Part shown: positions 49,130-59,786 of the stretch, piece by piece | Numbering within the stretch: position 1 is the first letter of the stretch | How the letters are laid out: each line of letters opens with the position of its first letter | Origin: an uncultured Acidobacteriaceae bacterium | GTDB lineage: Bacteria; Acidobacteriota; Terriglobia; Terriglobales; Acidobacteriaceae | Assembly: GCA_963832855.1 (NCBI GenBank) | Contig: CAWHVT010000002.1 | Coordinates: 476,378-540,377 of the forward strand | DNA length: 64,000 nt | Reading direction: 5' to 3' | Notes under the pieces: model-generated | Told to the model about the DNA's origin: nothing | Databases searched by the model: none | What the model saw: the letters and a program-made list of their open reading frames with translations, nothing else | Translations under genes and position numbers: made by a program

Positions 49130-50002
49130 GTGACCGATCAAATACCAGATTCGCATCCGCCGGTTCCGCTGACGCTTGAGGGATCGAGCGTGCTGCACCA
49201 GTTCTTCCGGTTTGACTGGAAGGCGTGGAAGTCCTGCGGGGACGGCGAAACTAAAAGCGGCGCGGACGGCGGACGTGGAAGCATCGTCGCCGAGACGGTA
49301 GAGACGCTGAAGACGCTCGAACGAAAAGACGCGAACGCGTCGGCGCGCTCGGCGCTGTATTCGCAGCTCGGGCACAAGGGCGACTTGATGCTCATTCATT
49401 TCCGCGACTCGCTGGAGGAGCTGAACCAGGTGGAGCTGACTTTTGCGCAGACACCGCTCTACGATTTTCTTGAGCTGCGCCACTCCTATCTCTCGGTTGT
49501 CGAGCTGGGCTTGTACGAGTCGAGCCGGAAGACGTACGAGGCCGCGACGGCCAAGGGATTCGAGCAGTTCTCAGCGGAGTGGAATGCGGAGATTGCGGCG
49601 TCGCTCGAGCGCGGCGCGGAAGCGATGAAGCCTCGGCTGTTTCCCTCGATTCCCGAGGCGAAGTATTTGTGCTTTTATCCCATGGACCGGAAGCGCGGCG
49701 AGCAGGTGAACTGGTACACCGTTCCATTTGCCGAGCGCCAGAGGATGATGCACGAGCACGGGATGATCGGGCGGCGATACGCCGAGCAAGTGAAGCAGAT
49801 CATCTCCGGCTCAATTGGGATGGACGATTGGGAGTGGGGCGTCGATCTCTTTGCCGACGATCCGGTGGTCTTCAAAAAGCTGATTTACGAGATGAGATTT
49901 GACGAAGTGAGCGCTGTGTACGCGCTGTTCGGACAGTTTTATATCGGGGTGCGATTGCCGGTGGAGAAGCTGGCGGCGTGGGTTGAGGGGAAGCCTGCGT
50001 AA
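49130..50002 (+). CDS. hemQ: Coproheme decarboxylase ChdC/HemQ (chlorite dismutase superfamily)
   Basis: GHKGDLM, SVVELGLY, CFYPMDRKR, HEHGMIGRRY, DDWEWGV. Confidence 0.88.
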   Translation: MTDQIPDSHPPVPLTLEGSSVLHQFFRFDWKAWKSCGDGETKSGADGGRGSIVAETVETLKTLERKDANASARSALYSQLGHKGDLMLIHFRDSLEELNQVELTFAQTPLYDFLELRHSYLSVVELGLYESSRKTYEAATAKGFEQFSAEWNAEIAASLERGAEAMKPRLFPSIPEAKYLCFYPMDRKRGEQVNWYTVPFAERQRMMHEHGMIGRRYAEQVKQIISGSIGMDDWEWGVDLFADDPVVFKKLIYEMRFDEVSAVYALFGQFYIGVRLPVEKLAAWVEGKPA

Positions 50003-50019
50003 ATCGACGGAATGTTGAA

Positions 50020-50493
50020 ATGATCACGAAGGCACTTTACTTTCGATTGTTCCTTCTGTGGGCGCTGATCGCGACTGTACGACTTGCATTAACTTGGGGC
50101 TTGACAACCGGCGGCTTGTCGCCAGGGGCAGTCTCGATCTTGACACTGGCCTTTCTACCCGTTCTCCTCGCAATTGAAGGTCTGATACTTTTGAAAGCAG
50201 CCAGAGAGTTCCCATCGAAGCCACCTGCTCCAAGGAAGACTTGGGACTCGGTAGAGCGGTCACTGAGTAAGTTCAGCCGTCGCTCGATGCGGATCTTTTT
50301 GGGGCTGCTCCTGTTTGCACTTCCGTATGGGCTCTGGAGTGCGCGATTCGATGCGGAAGCCACACTTCCCGTCCTGGTAGGCTGCGTGATGAATCTTCTG
50401 TTTGTGAGCTTCGTGGGCAATGCGCTTGCATTCGATAAAAAACGCGGCGAAGGCGAGAAGACTGCAGATGCACGGACAAATACCCGGGCCTGA
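50020..50493 (+). CDS. Hypothetical membrane protein (about 4 TM)
   Basis: Hydrophobic segments; visibly more AT-rich than its neighbours. Confidence 0.55.
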   Translation: MITKALYFRLFLLWALIATVRLALTWGLTTGGLSPGAVSILTLAFLPVLLAIEGLILLKAAREFPSKPPAPRKTWDSVERSLSKFSRRSMRIFLGLLLFALPYGLWSARFDAEATLPVLVGCVMNLLFVSFVGNALAFDKKRGEGEKTADARTNTRA

Positions 50494-50538
50494 AGGCCGG
50501 TCCATGTTGCGATCGTATCTAGGGGCCTGAAGGCCCCT
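50484..50538. repeat. Pair of GGCCTGAAGGCC REP-like palindromes
   Basis: CCGGGCCTGAAGGCCGG and AGGGGCCTGAAGGCCCCT. Confidence 0.6.
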
Positions 50539-50573
50539 GCTCCCTCCATGGCGGACGGTTTACACTCGCAGTC

Positions 50574-51299
50574 ATGCATGCGAAGAAGCCAGCAAAGAAA
50601 GCATCGCCGAAGAAATCCACGAAGAAAGCCTTAGCCAAGCCGGCAGCGCGCGGGGCGCTGGCGAAGGAGCGCGTCGACGCGATTCTGAAAGCGCTCGACG
50701 AGGCGTATCCCAATGCAGTGTGCGCGCTTCATCATCGCACGCCGTGGGAGCTGCTCGTTGCGACGATTCTGTCGGCGCAGTGCACGGACGTGCGCGTGAA
50801 CATGGTGACGCCGGAGTTGTTCCGGCGCTTCCCTACCCCACAGGCGATGGCCAAGGCGACGCTGCCCGAGCTCGAGGAGCTGATCCGGACGACAGGGTTC
50901 TTCCACAACAAGGCAAAGTCGATTCAGGGCGCGGCGAAAAAGATCGTTGCAGATTTTGGCGGCGAGGTTCCGAAGACGCTCGCCGAGCTGATCACGATTC
51001 CCGGAGTGGCGCGCAAGACGGCGAACGTCGTGCTCGGCGTGAGCTTTGGCAAGGCCGAGGGCGTGGTGGTCGATACGCACGTGTTCCGCATTGCGCGGCG
51101 GCTGGAGCTGGCCAAGGGCGGCACACCGGAGAAAGTGGAGCAGGAGCTGATGCAGGTTCTGCCGCGCGACAGATGGATCAGCTTTTCGCATCAGATCATC
51201 CAGCACGGCCGTCAAGTGTGCCTGGCGCGCAAACCGAAGTGTGACCAGTGCAATCTCGAGCCATTGTGCCGATCGAAGGACAAGGCGTGGAGTTCGTGA
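50574..51299 (+). CDS. nth: Endonuclease III
   Basis: LVATILSAQCTD, PGVARKTANVV HhH motif, VDTHV, C-x6-C-x2-C-x5-C Fe-S motif. Confidence 0.97.
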   Translation: MHAKKPAKKASPKKSTKKALAKPAARGALAKERVDAILKALDEAYPNAVCALHHRTPWELLVATILSAQCTDVRVNMVTPELFRRFPTPQAMAKATLPELEELIRTTGFFHNKAKSIQGAAKKIVADFGGEVPKTLAELITIPGVARKTANVVLGVSFGKAEGVVVDTHVFRIARRLELAKGGTPEKVEQELMQVLPRDRWISFSHQIIQHGRQVCLARKPKCDQCNLEPLCRSKDKAWSS

Positions 51300-51323
51300 A
51301 GAGCGGCAAGTTGGCGAGTTAGC

Positions 51324-51349
51324 GAACAGGCCCTTTCGCGGGGCCTGTT
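51324..51349. terminator. Hairpin between convergent nth and hemD
   Basis: GAACAGGCCC-TTTCGC-GGGCCTGTTC perfect 10-bp stem. Confidence 0.65.
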
Positions 51350-51378
51350 CTGTTAGCGAGTTGGCGGAGTCAGGGAGG

Positions 51379-52152
51379 TCAGCGCAGAGTGCGGGCGACG
51401 GCCTGAATGAGGCCGGAAACGTCGGATGGGCTGGCTTCCGCGGCAATCTCCCAGCCAAGTTCGCGCAGAGTCTTGCTGGTGATGGGGCCGATGGAAATGG
51501 CCGCGACGCGGGCGAAGGGGAATGCGATTCCAGCGTGACGCGCGGCGTCGGCGAGATGCGTGACGCTGGATGAGCTGGTAAAAGCCGCCGCATCGATTCC
51601 CTTTTGCAGAGCTTCGTGCAGGAGCGTGGGCGCGGACGAGGGTATGACGTTGCGGTAGGCGTCGACGACGTCAACGGTGGCGCCGGCTGCGCGAAGCGCA
51701 TGAGGAATCACGTCGCGCGCAACGGCTGCTCGGGCCAGCAAGACTTTTTTGCCGCACGTTTGGACCGCCAGGCTTCTCGTCAAGCTTTCGGCAACATAGG
51801 ACTCCGGAACCAGCGCAACGGCCAAGCCCGCCTGACGCGTTGCCTCGGCCGTGGCTTCTCCGATTGCGGATATGTTGAGATGAGTTGCGGCAGCCAAGCT
51901 GAGGCCAAGCTTAGCCGCACGCTTTGCGAGCGCACGAACGGTGTTCGCGCTGGTGAGGATGAGCCAATCGTAGGAATCGAGTTCTCGCAGCGCGCGATCG
52001 AGGGGCGCGAAATCCAAGGGTGGCTGAATTTCGATGACGGGAACTTCGACAGGTTCGGCGCCGAGGGCGCGAAGGCCTTCGCTGAGTTTGCCGGCCTGGT
52101 GCGCGGCGCGGGTTACGAGCACGCGGCGGCCAGCGAGAGGCAGCGCGTTCAT
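51379..52152 (-). CDS. hemD: Uroporphyrinogen-III synthase
   Basis: LAGRRVLVTRA, YDWLILTSAN, AIGEATA, FTSSSSV, SIGPITS. Confidence 0.93.
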   Translation of the reverse strand: MNALPLAGRRVLVTRAAHQAGKLSEGLRALGAEPVEVPVIEIQPPLDFAPLDRALRELDSYDWLILTSANTVRALAKRAAKLGLSLAAATHLNISAIGEATAEATRQAGLAVALVPESYVAESLTRSLAVQTCGKKVLLARAAVARDVIPHALRAAGATVDVVDAYRNVIPSSAPTLLHEALQKGIDAAAFTSSSSVTHLADAARHAGIAFPFARVAAISIGPITSKTLRELGWEIAAEASPSDVSGLIQAVARTLR

Positions 52153-53108
52153 CAAGCGGCTCCGCCGGCGGTGTTGGTGCCGGCCGCAAGCAATGGTCCC
52201 GCTCCCTCGGCCAGCAGAACTTCTGCGGCTTCGCGCCCTAACGAAGCGGGATCGGTGTTCTGGCGCGGCGCATGCAAGTGGACGCGGACGAGCTGGCCTG
52301 AGTCCGGCGAAGCGACGACGCCAAAAATCTCCCACCAGGCAACGCCTGGAATGTCCTGAGCAAACGAAGGACGGCAGTGAATGCCTATGGGAACCTGGCA
52401 ACCGCCGCCAAGAGCGGCGAGAGCGGTGCGTTCGGCGGTAACCGCAAAGCGCGTATCGGCGTGATCGAGGAAGGCCACGGCGGCAAGGGTCTCCACATCG
52501 CCCTGGCGAATCTCGATGCCGAGCGCTCCCTGGCCGGCGGCGGGACAGAAATCTGCCGGGTCGAGACGCTCGCGCACGTAGTCGGTTTTGCCGAGACGGT
52601 CCAGACCGGCTGCGGCGAGGAGGATGGCGTCGACCTGGCCTTCGGCGAGCTTGCGCAGGCGCGTGTCGACATTGCCGCGAAACTCGATGGCTTCAATGTC
52701 TTTTCGCAGGGCCTTCAATTGCGCGCGGCGCCGCTGGCTGCTGGTGCCCACGCGCGCCCGACGCGGCATTTCGGCGAGGCTGGCGTGCTTGACGGAGACA
52801 AATGCATCGCGCGGGTCAACGCGCGGCGGCGTGGCCGCGAGTGCAAAGCCAGAAGGCAGCTCGGTGGGTAAATCCTTGAGCGAGTGCACGGCGAGATCGA
52901 TGCGGCTTGCGGCGAGGGCTTCTTCAATTTCTTTGGTGAACATGCCCTTGGAGCCGACCTCGGCGAAAGTGACCTCCTGCAGGCGGTCGCCGGTGGTTTT
53001 GATGATTTCGATTTCGACCTGGAGACCCTGAACGCGCAGCAGTTCGGCGATGTGATTGGCCTGCCAGAGGGCGAGCTGGGATCCGCGGCTGCCGATGCGG
53101 AGTTTCAT
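52152..53108 (-). CDS. hemC: Hydroxymethylbilane synthase (porphobilinogen deaminase)
   Basis: LRIGSRGSQLALWQA, KGMFTKE, AVHSLKD, RGNVDTRL, GGCQVPIG. Confidence 0.97.
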   Translation of the reverse strand: MKLRIGSRGSQLALWQANHIAELLRVQGLQVEIEIIKTTGDRLQEVTFAEVGSKGMFTKEIEEALAASRIDLAVHSLKDLPTELPSGFALAATPPRVDPRDAFVSVKHASLAEMPRRARVGTSSQRRRAQLKALRKDIEAIEFRGNVDTRLRKLAEGQVDAILLAAAGLDRLGKTDYVRERLDPADFCPAAGQGALGIEIRQGDVETLAAVAFLDHADTRFAVTAERTALAALGGGCQVPIGIHCRPSFAQDIPGVAWWEIFGVVASPDSGQLVRVHLHAPRQNTDPASLGREAAEVLLAEGAGPLLAAGTNTAGGAA

Positions 53109-54535
53109 CGGGGGACCTCCGCGTTGCCTTCGAAGACGCGCACGCTGATCACCTTTTTGTCTTCGCCGGACGCGGAGTTTGGGGCGGGATCGACGGCGGT
53201 GCGAGGGGCTTCGCCTGGATCGGCTGGCGAGGCCTGGCTTGATGCTGCTTGCGGAATTTCGCTCGGCGCGGTGGGCGAGACGGACCATTCTTCACAGAGC
53301 GCGTCGAGCTTGGCCGCATCGCCTTCGCGCGCGGCCTGCTTGAGCGCCGCCATGGGTTGATGGAGAAACTTGTTGACGAGGCCGCGCGTGAGCGCCTCGA
53401 CGGCTGCGAGCTGCTCGGCCGAGAGGGTCCCCAGGCGGCTGTGGAGGCGCTCGATCTCGGCTATGCGAATCTCTTCGGCCTTTTTCTGGAGCGCGACGAT
53501 CGCGGGGGCGACGTTGACGGTGCGCTGGCGCTGGTGGAAGCGCTCGACTTCAGCGGCGATGAGCGCCTCGGCGTCAATGGCCTCGCGGCTGCGCTCTTCC
53601 ATGTGCGAGGCGGCGACCTGCTGCAGATCATCGATGTCGTAGACAAAAATGCCGTCGAGCTTGTTCATCAACGGATCGACGTCGCGGGGGACGGCGATAT
53701 CGATGAAGAACATGGGTCGGTTGCGGCGCTTGTGAAGAAATGCCTGGCCGTGCTCGGGGCGGAAGATGGGATGCGGTGCGCCGGTGGAGCTGATGACGAT
53801 GTCGGCGCGGCTGGCGGCATCATAGAGCTGGCTGTAGTCGATGACCTCGGGGACGATACCGCCCTGGAGCTCCGCGGCCATGCGACGGGCGCGCTCGGCG
53901 GTGCGATTCGAGACGAGGATGGTTGCGGCTCCCTGCTGCACGAGATGGCGCGCGGCGATCTCGCTCATCTTGCCGGCGCCGACGAGGAAAATGGTGCGGC
54001 CTTCGAGCGAGCCGAAGATTTTGCGGGCGAGATCGACGGCCACGGAGGCGATGGAGACGGAGTTGGAGCCGATGCCGGTTTCGCTGCGCGCTTTTTTAGC
54101 TGCGGCAAAGGCGCTCTGCAACAAGTGCTCGAGTTGGCCGGAAACAGTGCCGGCGGCACGCGCGACGGCGAAGGCTTCCTTAACCTGGCCGAGAATCTGC
54201 GGTTCACCGACAACCATGGAATCGAGGCTGGCGGCCATGCGGAAGAGATGGCTGACGGCTTCCTTGTCGCGGTATTCGTAGAGGTGAGGTTCGAGGATGG
54301 ACGCTTCGATGCCGAACTGGCGCGAGAGAAACGATGCGACGGGAACGCTGTCGCCTTCGACGACCGAAAGCAGCTCCACGCGATTGCAGGTGGAGACGAT
54401 CATGCACTCGGTGACGCCGGGCATGGCGGCGAGAGCGCGCGTAGTCTCGGCGAGCTCATCGCGGCCGATGGCGATCTTCTCGCGCAGCGCGATGGGCGCC
54501 GTTTTGTGGTTCACGCCAATGAGAGTGAGCGTCAT
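53105..54535 (-). CDS. hemA: Glutamyl-tRNA reductase
   Basis: GVNHKTAPI, STCNRVE, GEPQILGQVK, VGAGKM, DIAVPRDVD. Confidence 0.97.
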   Translation of the reverse strand: MTLTLIGVNHKTAPIALREKIAIGRDELAETTRALAAMPGVTECMIVSTCNRVELLSVVEGDSVPVASFLSRQFGIEASILEPHLYEYRDKEAVSHLFRMAASLDSMVVGEPQILGQVKEAFAVARAAGTVSGQLEHLLQSAFAAAKKARSETGIGSNSVSIASVAVDLARKIFGSLEGRTIFLVGAGKMSEIAARHLVQQGAATILVSNRTAERARRMAAELQGGIVPEVIDYSQLYDAASRADIVISSTGAPHPIFRPEHGQAFLHKRRNRPMFFIDIAVPRDVDPLMNKLDGIFVYDIDDLQQVAASHMEERSREAIDAEALIAAEVERFHQRQRTVNVAPAIVALQKKAEEIRIAEIERLHSRLGTLSAEQLAAVEALTRGLVNKFLHQPMAALKQAAREGDAAKLDALCEEWSVSPTAPSEIPQAASSQASPADPGEAPRTAVDPAPNSASGEDKKVISVRVFEGNAEVPR

Positions 54536-55368
54536 TGGGGACCGAACCGGTGCACCTGGCTGAAGAAGTTGACGGCCCAGACGGCCATCATCACGACCAG
54601 CGCCGCGCCGGAGATGTAGGCGGCCTTTCGGCCGCGAATTCCGACGCCGCGGCGGAGCAGAAGGAGCGTGACGTAGACGATCCACATGGCGAACGAAGCA
54701 AGGATATTGGGATCGAGAAAATAGGAGGCGCCGAGTGAGGTTTCCTGCACCAGAACGGATCCGATCAAGAGGCCGACGGTCATGCAGGGAAATCCGAATT
54801 CAAGAGTAGCGAGAGCGAGACGCTCGAGGGTGTCGAGAGGAGGCAGCCAGTCGAGCGGCGCGAAACGCGCGGATTGTCCGGGCTTGACCTTGGCCTTGAT
54901 GCGTCGCTCCTGCACCAGGTACAAGACGGAGGCGAGCAAGCTGAAGCCGAGCGCCGCATAGGCGAGCAGCAGAGCGATGATGTGCGCGACCAGCCAGCTC
55001 ATCCAGACGCGCTGCGACGGGAAGCGGTAGGTGCCGGGGCCCAGCGCGGGGATAAAGACCAGGAAAAATGTTGCCGGGAGAGCAAAGAGGCCAAGCGAGA
55101 TGGCTTCATAGAGCCACCAGACGAGAAAGAAAAGGCCGGCGACCAGAAACCCGAGGAGGGATTCGATCTCGCGAACGCCGACGGGCATCCAGCGATGAGC
55201 GAGCACGAGCATTTCAACGACAGAGACAAAATGGAAGAAGAAGGCCAAGCCGCCGAGGTGGACGCAGGTCTTCCGCCAGGGGACGGAGTTATAGAGCACC
55301 GCCGGGAAGACGGCGACACATCCTCCGGCATAGAGAATGGCCGCAACTCGTAGCCAAAGCAGGTACAT
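54532..55368 (-). CDS. CcsA/HemX-like cytochrome c assembly membrane protein
   Basis: About 8 TM segments, YLVQERRIK, LDTLERL, DPNILAS; coupled to hemA. Confidence 0.8.
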   Translation of the reverse strand: MYLLWLRVAAILYAGGCVAVFPAVLYNSVPWRKTCVHLGGLAFFFHFVSVVEMLVLAHRWMPVGVREIESLLGFLVAGLFFLVWWLYEAISLGLFALPATFFLVFIPALGPGTYRFPSQRVWMSWLVAHIIALLLAYAALGFSLLASVLYLVQERRIKAKVKPGQSARFAPLDWLPPLDTLERLALATLEFGFPCMTVGLLIGSVLVQETSLGASYFLDPNILASFAMWIVYVTLLLLRRGVGIRGRKAAYISGAALVVMMAVWAVNFFSQVHRFGPQ

Positions 55369-55406
55369 GGCAGCTTTTACGTTAAGGCGTAACCATTCAG
55401 TATAAC

Positions 55407-55422
55407 TGTGATGCAAATCACC
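55407..55422. promoter_or_regulatory. CRP/FNR-family box upstream of the hem operon
   Basis: TGTGAT-GCAA-ATCACC; minus-strand -10-like TATACT at 55399-55404. Confidence 0.55.
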
Positions 55423-55564
55423 TGTAGAGGCGAAGGAACCGCCAGGCATCCATTCGGCGGGAACGGCTATGTACGGCGCGGCTCTTGAGGGGTGATGCGT
55501 GGGCCAGGAGTGCCGGAGACGAACGAGAGTGGACAGGCGGAACTGGAACCCCACGATCCCGCCT

Positions 55565-55807
55565 TCATTGGGTGGTCTTGGAGTCTGAAACAGCCCATCG
55601 GCCTTGCTGGAGTTCGTTCAGGGATTGAATCTGCGGCTTCACACCACGCCAAGCGTCCTTCATGAGACTTTCCGCACGCTCTTTCTGCATCTGGAGCAGG
55701 CATTCCTCGGCTTCGTTTACGAGTTCGCGGAGTGTAGCGTTATCGGCGGTGCCGATGGCGCGTTCAATGGTGAGGAGTTTCTGAAGGAGAACGGTGGCCG
55801 TGGTCAC
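55565..55807 (-). CDS. Small helical hypothetical protein (80 aa)
   Basis: Amphipathic helical ORF upstream of the hem operon on the same strand. Confidence 0.6.
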   Translation of the reverse strand: MTTATVLLQKLLTIERAIGTADNATLRELVNEAEECLLQMQKERAESLMKDAWRGVKPQIQSLNELQQGRWAVSDSKTTQ

Positions 55808-55869
55808 GATGAGCCCTTAGAATTTTAGAATATGAGGATTCCAGTTTGCCCTGAAGACCGACTACCGGA

Positions 55870-55885
55870 TGTGATCTAAATCACT
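55870..55885. promoter_or_regulatory. Second CRP/FNR-family box
   Basis: TGTGAT-CTAA-ATCACT, 63 nt upstream of ATG 55807. Confidence 0.55.
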
Positions 55886-55982
55886 CAGATATGCAAATTA
55901 AGGGGTTCCGGGCCGGGTCCGCCACGGGAATTGGCGACGGACCCTCGATCCGGGTAAGTTGCTGATGGTACTTCGGTTGCCC

Positions 55983-56789
55983 TCACTGCTTGGTTGCAAT
56001 GAAGGTGGTTACGCGGCCGGTGAGCTTGCTGGTCTCGACGGCGGTCATCGTCTTACCACTAGGTGAGACGGTCATCGTGGTCACATCGGTGACCGTGCCA
56101 TCGCGCTTGTCGGTCTCCTCGATGGTGTGGGAGTTGATCTTTTTGAGCGAGACGGCATCCCAGCCATAGGAGCCCCTGACCGGGTAATCGCTGCCGTCGA
56201 ACTTTGCGGTGTAGGTTTCGCCGGTAGGTGAGGTCATGGTGATCTCGTCCCCGTTGGTCTTGTAGGTCGTCAGCAATGCGTTGGAGCTTCCGGTTTGCTT
56301 CTGGATGATCCAGTCGCCCGAAGTGGCGTGGACACCGGAGGGCAGCTTGCCGCTGCGCCTGGCGGTGGTTTCAAAGCTTGTCGGCGGACCACCGCTGACG
56401 GGGTGGCCGGTGGTTTTGAAGGTGAGCGTTTTGCCGTCGGTGGAAACGGTGCGGGTCTGTTCAAATGTGACGACGCCTCCCTTTTTGGCGACGAAAGAGA
56501 TGGTGTGCGGGTTGACGATTGTGACGTTGATGGTGTCATAGGATTCGTCGGAAACGGCGTGATCCTGACCGTCGGCGGGGACGTCAAAGGGGTGACTGCA
56601 ACTTACGCAGTGATACCAGCCTCCGCTGATGTAGAAAGTGAGAGGCTTGGGGCTGAACTTCGTCTGCGACAGGTCAGTTTTCCAGGTGCCGTCGAAAGGT
56701 GATTGGGCTGAAGAAGCCGCGACCGCGAAGAAGGCGGCCATGGCGATGAGCGCGCAAAGTGCATACCGCTTGGTGCTGGACGTTAGCAT
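55983..56789 (-). CDS. Hypothetical secreted protein with two internal beta-rich repeats
   Basis: AGGAGG RBS, signal peptide, FDGTWKTD; paired HTI...TVS.xGKT.T motifs. Confidence 0.75.
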   Translation of the reverse strand: MLTSSTKRYALCALIAMAAFFAVAASSAQSPFDGTWKTDLSQTKFSPKPLTFYISGGWYHCVSCSHPFDVPADGQDHAVSDESYDTINVTIVNPHTISFVAKKGGVVTFEQTRTVSTDGKTLTFKTTGHPVSGGPPTSFETTARRSGKLPSGVHATSGDWIIQKQTGSSNALLTTYKTNGDEITMTSPTGETYTAKFDGSDYPVRGSYGWDAVSLKKINSHTIEETDKRDGTVTDVTTMTVSPSGKTMTAVETSKLTGRVTTFIATKQ

Positions 56790-56927
56790 GTTCCTCCTTG
56801 GGGAACTTGAATTCCAAATTTGGAGAAAGGGCCCGACTTGCGGGAAATCGACTCGACCCAAGTGACCGAGCGATTGTATATGGCGAAGGCCGCAGGTGAG
56901 TAGTTTTGTTTTGCGGGATGGGGCGGC

Positions 56928-59771
56928 ATGTGCCGGCGGCTCGAGATTCGGGACGAGGACGATGGGCTTCTGGGGCGGAGCCCCGCTATCGCGGCGGTGC
57001 GGGGCCGCGATAGTCTTGAATGCAACGTGATCAAAGCGGATCCCCAACCCGGCGCGGGCGCGGCGCGCTCTCCCCTTTTGGATGAGAGCGGCGCGCCGGA
57101 GGAGTTTGCGCTGACTTCACTGAACGCGGCAAAGGTCCCAACAGAAAAAACGTCCGCCGATCTGACACCGTTCATGCGGCAGTGGGCCGCGGCCAAGCAC
57201 CAGAATCCGGATGCGCTGGTGTTCTTCAGAATGGGCGATTTTTACGAGCTTTTTTATGACGACGCGGCCGTGGCCAGCCGCGAGCTGCAACTGACGCTGA
57301 CGGCACGCGACAAGGAACGCAACATTCCCATGTGCGGCGTGCCGTTCCACGCCGTGGAGCAGTACGTGGCGCGGCTGCTGCGCAAGGGCTATCGCATTGC
57401 TTTGTGCGACCAAATGGAGGACCCGAAACTCACCAAGAAGCTGGTGAAGCGCGAGGTGACGCGGGTTCTTACACCGGGAACGGCGCTCGATGCGGGGCTG
57501 GGGCAGGAACGGAACAATTTTCTGGCGGCGCTATGGGAGAATGCGCCTCAGGGTGGGCGCGAGGGCGCGTGCGCGGTGGCGCTACTCGACGTTTCGACAG
57601 GCGAGTTTCGCGCGATGGAGTTTCGCGGGGAACATGCGCGGGCGCAGGCGATGGATGAGCTGCTGCTGGCAACGCCGAGTGAGGTACTGGTGGCGGCGAG
57701 CGCGGAAGCACCGGCGCAGTTGGAACGCATTCCGGCGCGGACGCACGTTGAGGATTGGGTGTGGACGCGCGAGTACGCAGTTCCACTAGTCGAGCGGCAG
57801 TTGAATGTGCGCTCGCTCGAGGGGTTCGGGTTGAATGGACATGAGACGGCGGCCATTGCAGCGGGCGCGGTGCTGCACTACGTGCGCTCGACGCAAAAAA
57901 ACGACGCGCTGCACATTGACAGCCTGAAATTCGAGGAGCACTCGACGGCGCTGGAGCTGGACCAGGTGACGGTCCGGAACCTGGAGCTGGTCGAGCCGCT
58001 TTTTTCAGGGCAGGACGATCGTGCGACGCTGTTCCGCACACTCGATGCCTGCCTCACGCCGATGGGCAAGCGGCTGCTGCGGGCGACGATACTGCGGCCA
58101 CTGAACAACGCGCAGGAGATTGAAGCGCGATACGAAGCGGTGGCCGAGGCGCATGGAGATCTGCTGAAACGCGAGGAAATTCGGCGCGCGTTTGGCGGGA
58201 TTCTGGATCTGGAGCGATTGCTGGCGCGGATTTCTCTCGATTCAGCAGGACCGCGCGATGTGCGCGGGTTGGCAGCGAGTTTGGCGCGGCTGCCGGGAGT
58301 GAAAACAGCGCTGAACGCATTGACTGCGCCGCGGTGGCGCGCAGTTGCGGCAAATCTCGACACGCTCGAAGACGTGACCGCGCGCATTGCCAAGACGCTG
58401 GTGGCCGTGCCGCCTCTGTCGCTGGCGGATGGTGGCGCAATCGCGGCGGGGATTGATGCGGAGCTGGACGAGCTGCGAACGATTTCGACGAGCGGGCGGC
58501 AGGCGATCGCGGCGATTGAAGATCGCGAGCGGCAACGGACGGGAATCGGGTCGCTCAAGGTGCGCTACAACTCGGTCTTCGGGTACTACATCGAGATTAC
58601 GAAGGCCAACCTGGCGCTGGCGCCCGCGGACTACGAGCGGAAACAGACGCTGGTGAACGCGGAGCGCTTTACCACGCCTGAGCTGAAGGAATACGAGCGC
58701 AAGATTCTCTCGGCACACGACCGCTCGATCGAAATTGAGAAGCGGATCTTTGCCGAGCTGAGAAAATTCGTGCTGGAGAGCGCGGGGCGAATTCGCAGGA
58801 GCTCGGCTGCTGTGGCGGAGGCGGATCTGCTGGCTTGTTTTGCGCACCTGGCAGCGGCAAGGCGCTATGCACGGCCAAAGTTGACCGAGGAGCAAGTGCT
58901 CGAGGCCGTAGCGGCGCGGCATCCGGTGATCGAGCAGTGGCTGGAAGAGACGCGCGAGGGACGGTTCATCGCGAATGATGTGTATCTGAACGCGGGTGAG
59001 AACGGTCCCAACCTGTTGCTTGTGACCGGACCGAATATGGGCGGCAAGAGCACGTACCTGCGTCAGGCGGCGATGCTGGTGCTGATGGCGCAGATGGGGA
59101 GTTTTGTTCCGGCCGAGAGTTTGCGGTTCGGGCTGGTCGATCGCATTTATACGCGCATTGGGGCGAGCGACAACGTGGCACGCGGGCGGTCGACGTTCAT
59201 GGTGGAGATGACGGAGACGGCGACCATCCTGAATACGGCGACCAGTCGATCGCTGATTCTGCTGGATGAGATGGGACGCGGTACGGCGACGTTTGACGGG
59301 CTGTCGCTGGCGTGGGCGACGGTCGAATACCTGCACGCAGAGGTGGGCGCGCGAACACTCTTCGCTACGCACTATCACGAGCTGACAATGCTGGCTGAAA
59401 AACTGCCGCGCGTGCGCAATCTTCGCGTGGGCGTGAAGGAGACGGCGAGCGGGATTGTATTTCTGCACAACATCGAGCCGGGCGCGGCGAGCAAGAGCTA
59501 TGGAATCGAAGTGGCGCGGCTGGCGGGGCTGCCGGCGGCGGTGATCGAGCGGGCGAAACATGTACTCAAGCAGCACGAAAAACAGGAGCGCCAGAGTGTG
59601 CAGATGGAGACTGAAGCCGATCCGATGCAGCTGACCATCTTCACGCCGCTCTCGCAGAAGATCGTGGACCGGATCGAATCGACTGATGTGAACTCGCTGA
59701 CGCCGCTGCAAGCGCTGAATCTGCTGGAGGAGTTGCAGCAGGAGTTGAAGAAACCGGACAAGGCAGGATGA
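56928..59771 (+). CDS. mutS: DNA mismatch repair protein MutS (true start probably downstream of 56928)
   Basis: [58 protein letters not shown]. Confidence 0.97.
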   Translation: MCRRLEIRDEDDGLLGRSPAIAAVRGRDSLECNVIKADPQPGAGAARSPLLDESGAPEEFALTSLNAAKVPTEKTSADLTPFMRQWAAAKHQNPDALVFFRMGDFYELFYDDAAVASRELQLTLTARDKERNIPMCGVPFHAVEQYVARLLRKGYRIALCDQMEDPKLTKKLVKREVTRVLTPGTALDAGLGQERNNFLAALWENAPQGGREGACAVALLDVSTGEFRAMEFRGEHARAQAMDELLLATPSEVLVAASAEAPAQLERIPARTHVEDWVWTREYAVPLVERQLNVRSLEGFGLNGHETAAIAAGAVLHYVRSTQKNDALHIDSLKFEEHSTALELDQVTVRNLELVEPLFSGQDDRATLFRTLDACLTPMGKRLLRATILRPLNNAQEIEARYEAVAEAHGDLLKREEIRRAFGGILDLERLLARISLDSAGPRDVRGLAASLARLPGVKTALNALTAPRWRAVAANLDTLEDVTARIAKTLVAVPPLSLADGGAIAAGIDAELDELRTISTSGRQAIAAIEDRERQRTGIGSLKVRYNSVFGYYIEITKANLALAPADYERKQTLVNAERFTTPELKEYERKILSAHDRSIEIEKRIFAELRKFVLESAGRIRRSSAAVAEADLLACFAHLAAARRYARPKLTEEQVLEAVAARHPVIEQWLEETREGRFIANDVYLNAGENGPNLLLVTGPNMGGKSTYLRQAAMLVLMAQMGSFVPAESLRFGLVDRIYTRIGASDNVARGRSTFMVEMTETATILNTATSRSLILLDEMGRGTATFDGLSLAWATVEYLHAEVGARTLFATHYHELTMLAEKLPRVRNLRVGVKETASGIVFLHNIEPGAASKSYGIEVARLAGLPAAVIERAKHVLKQHEKQERQSVQMETEADPMQLTIFTPLSQKIVDRIESTDVNSLTPLQALNLLEELQQELKKPDKAG

Positions 59772-59786
59772 GTGTGAGAAGAAAAA

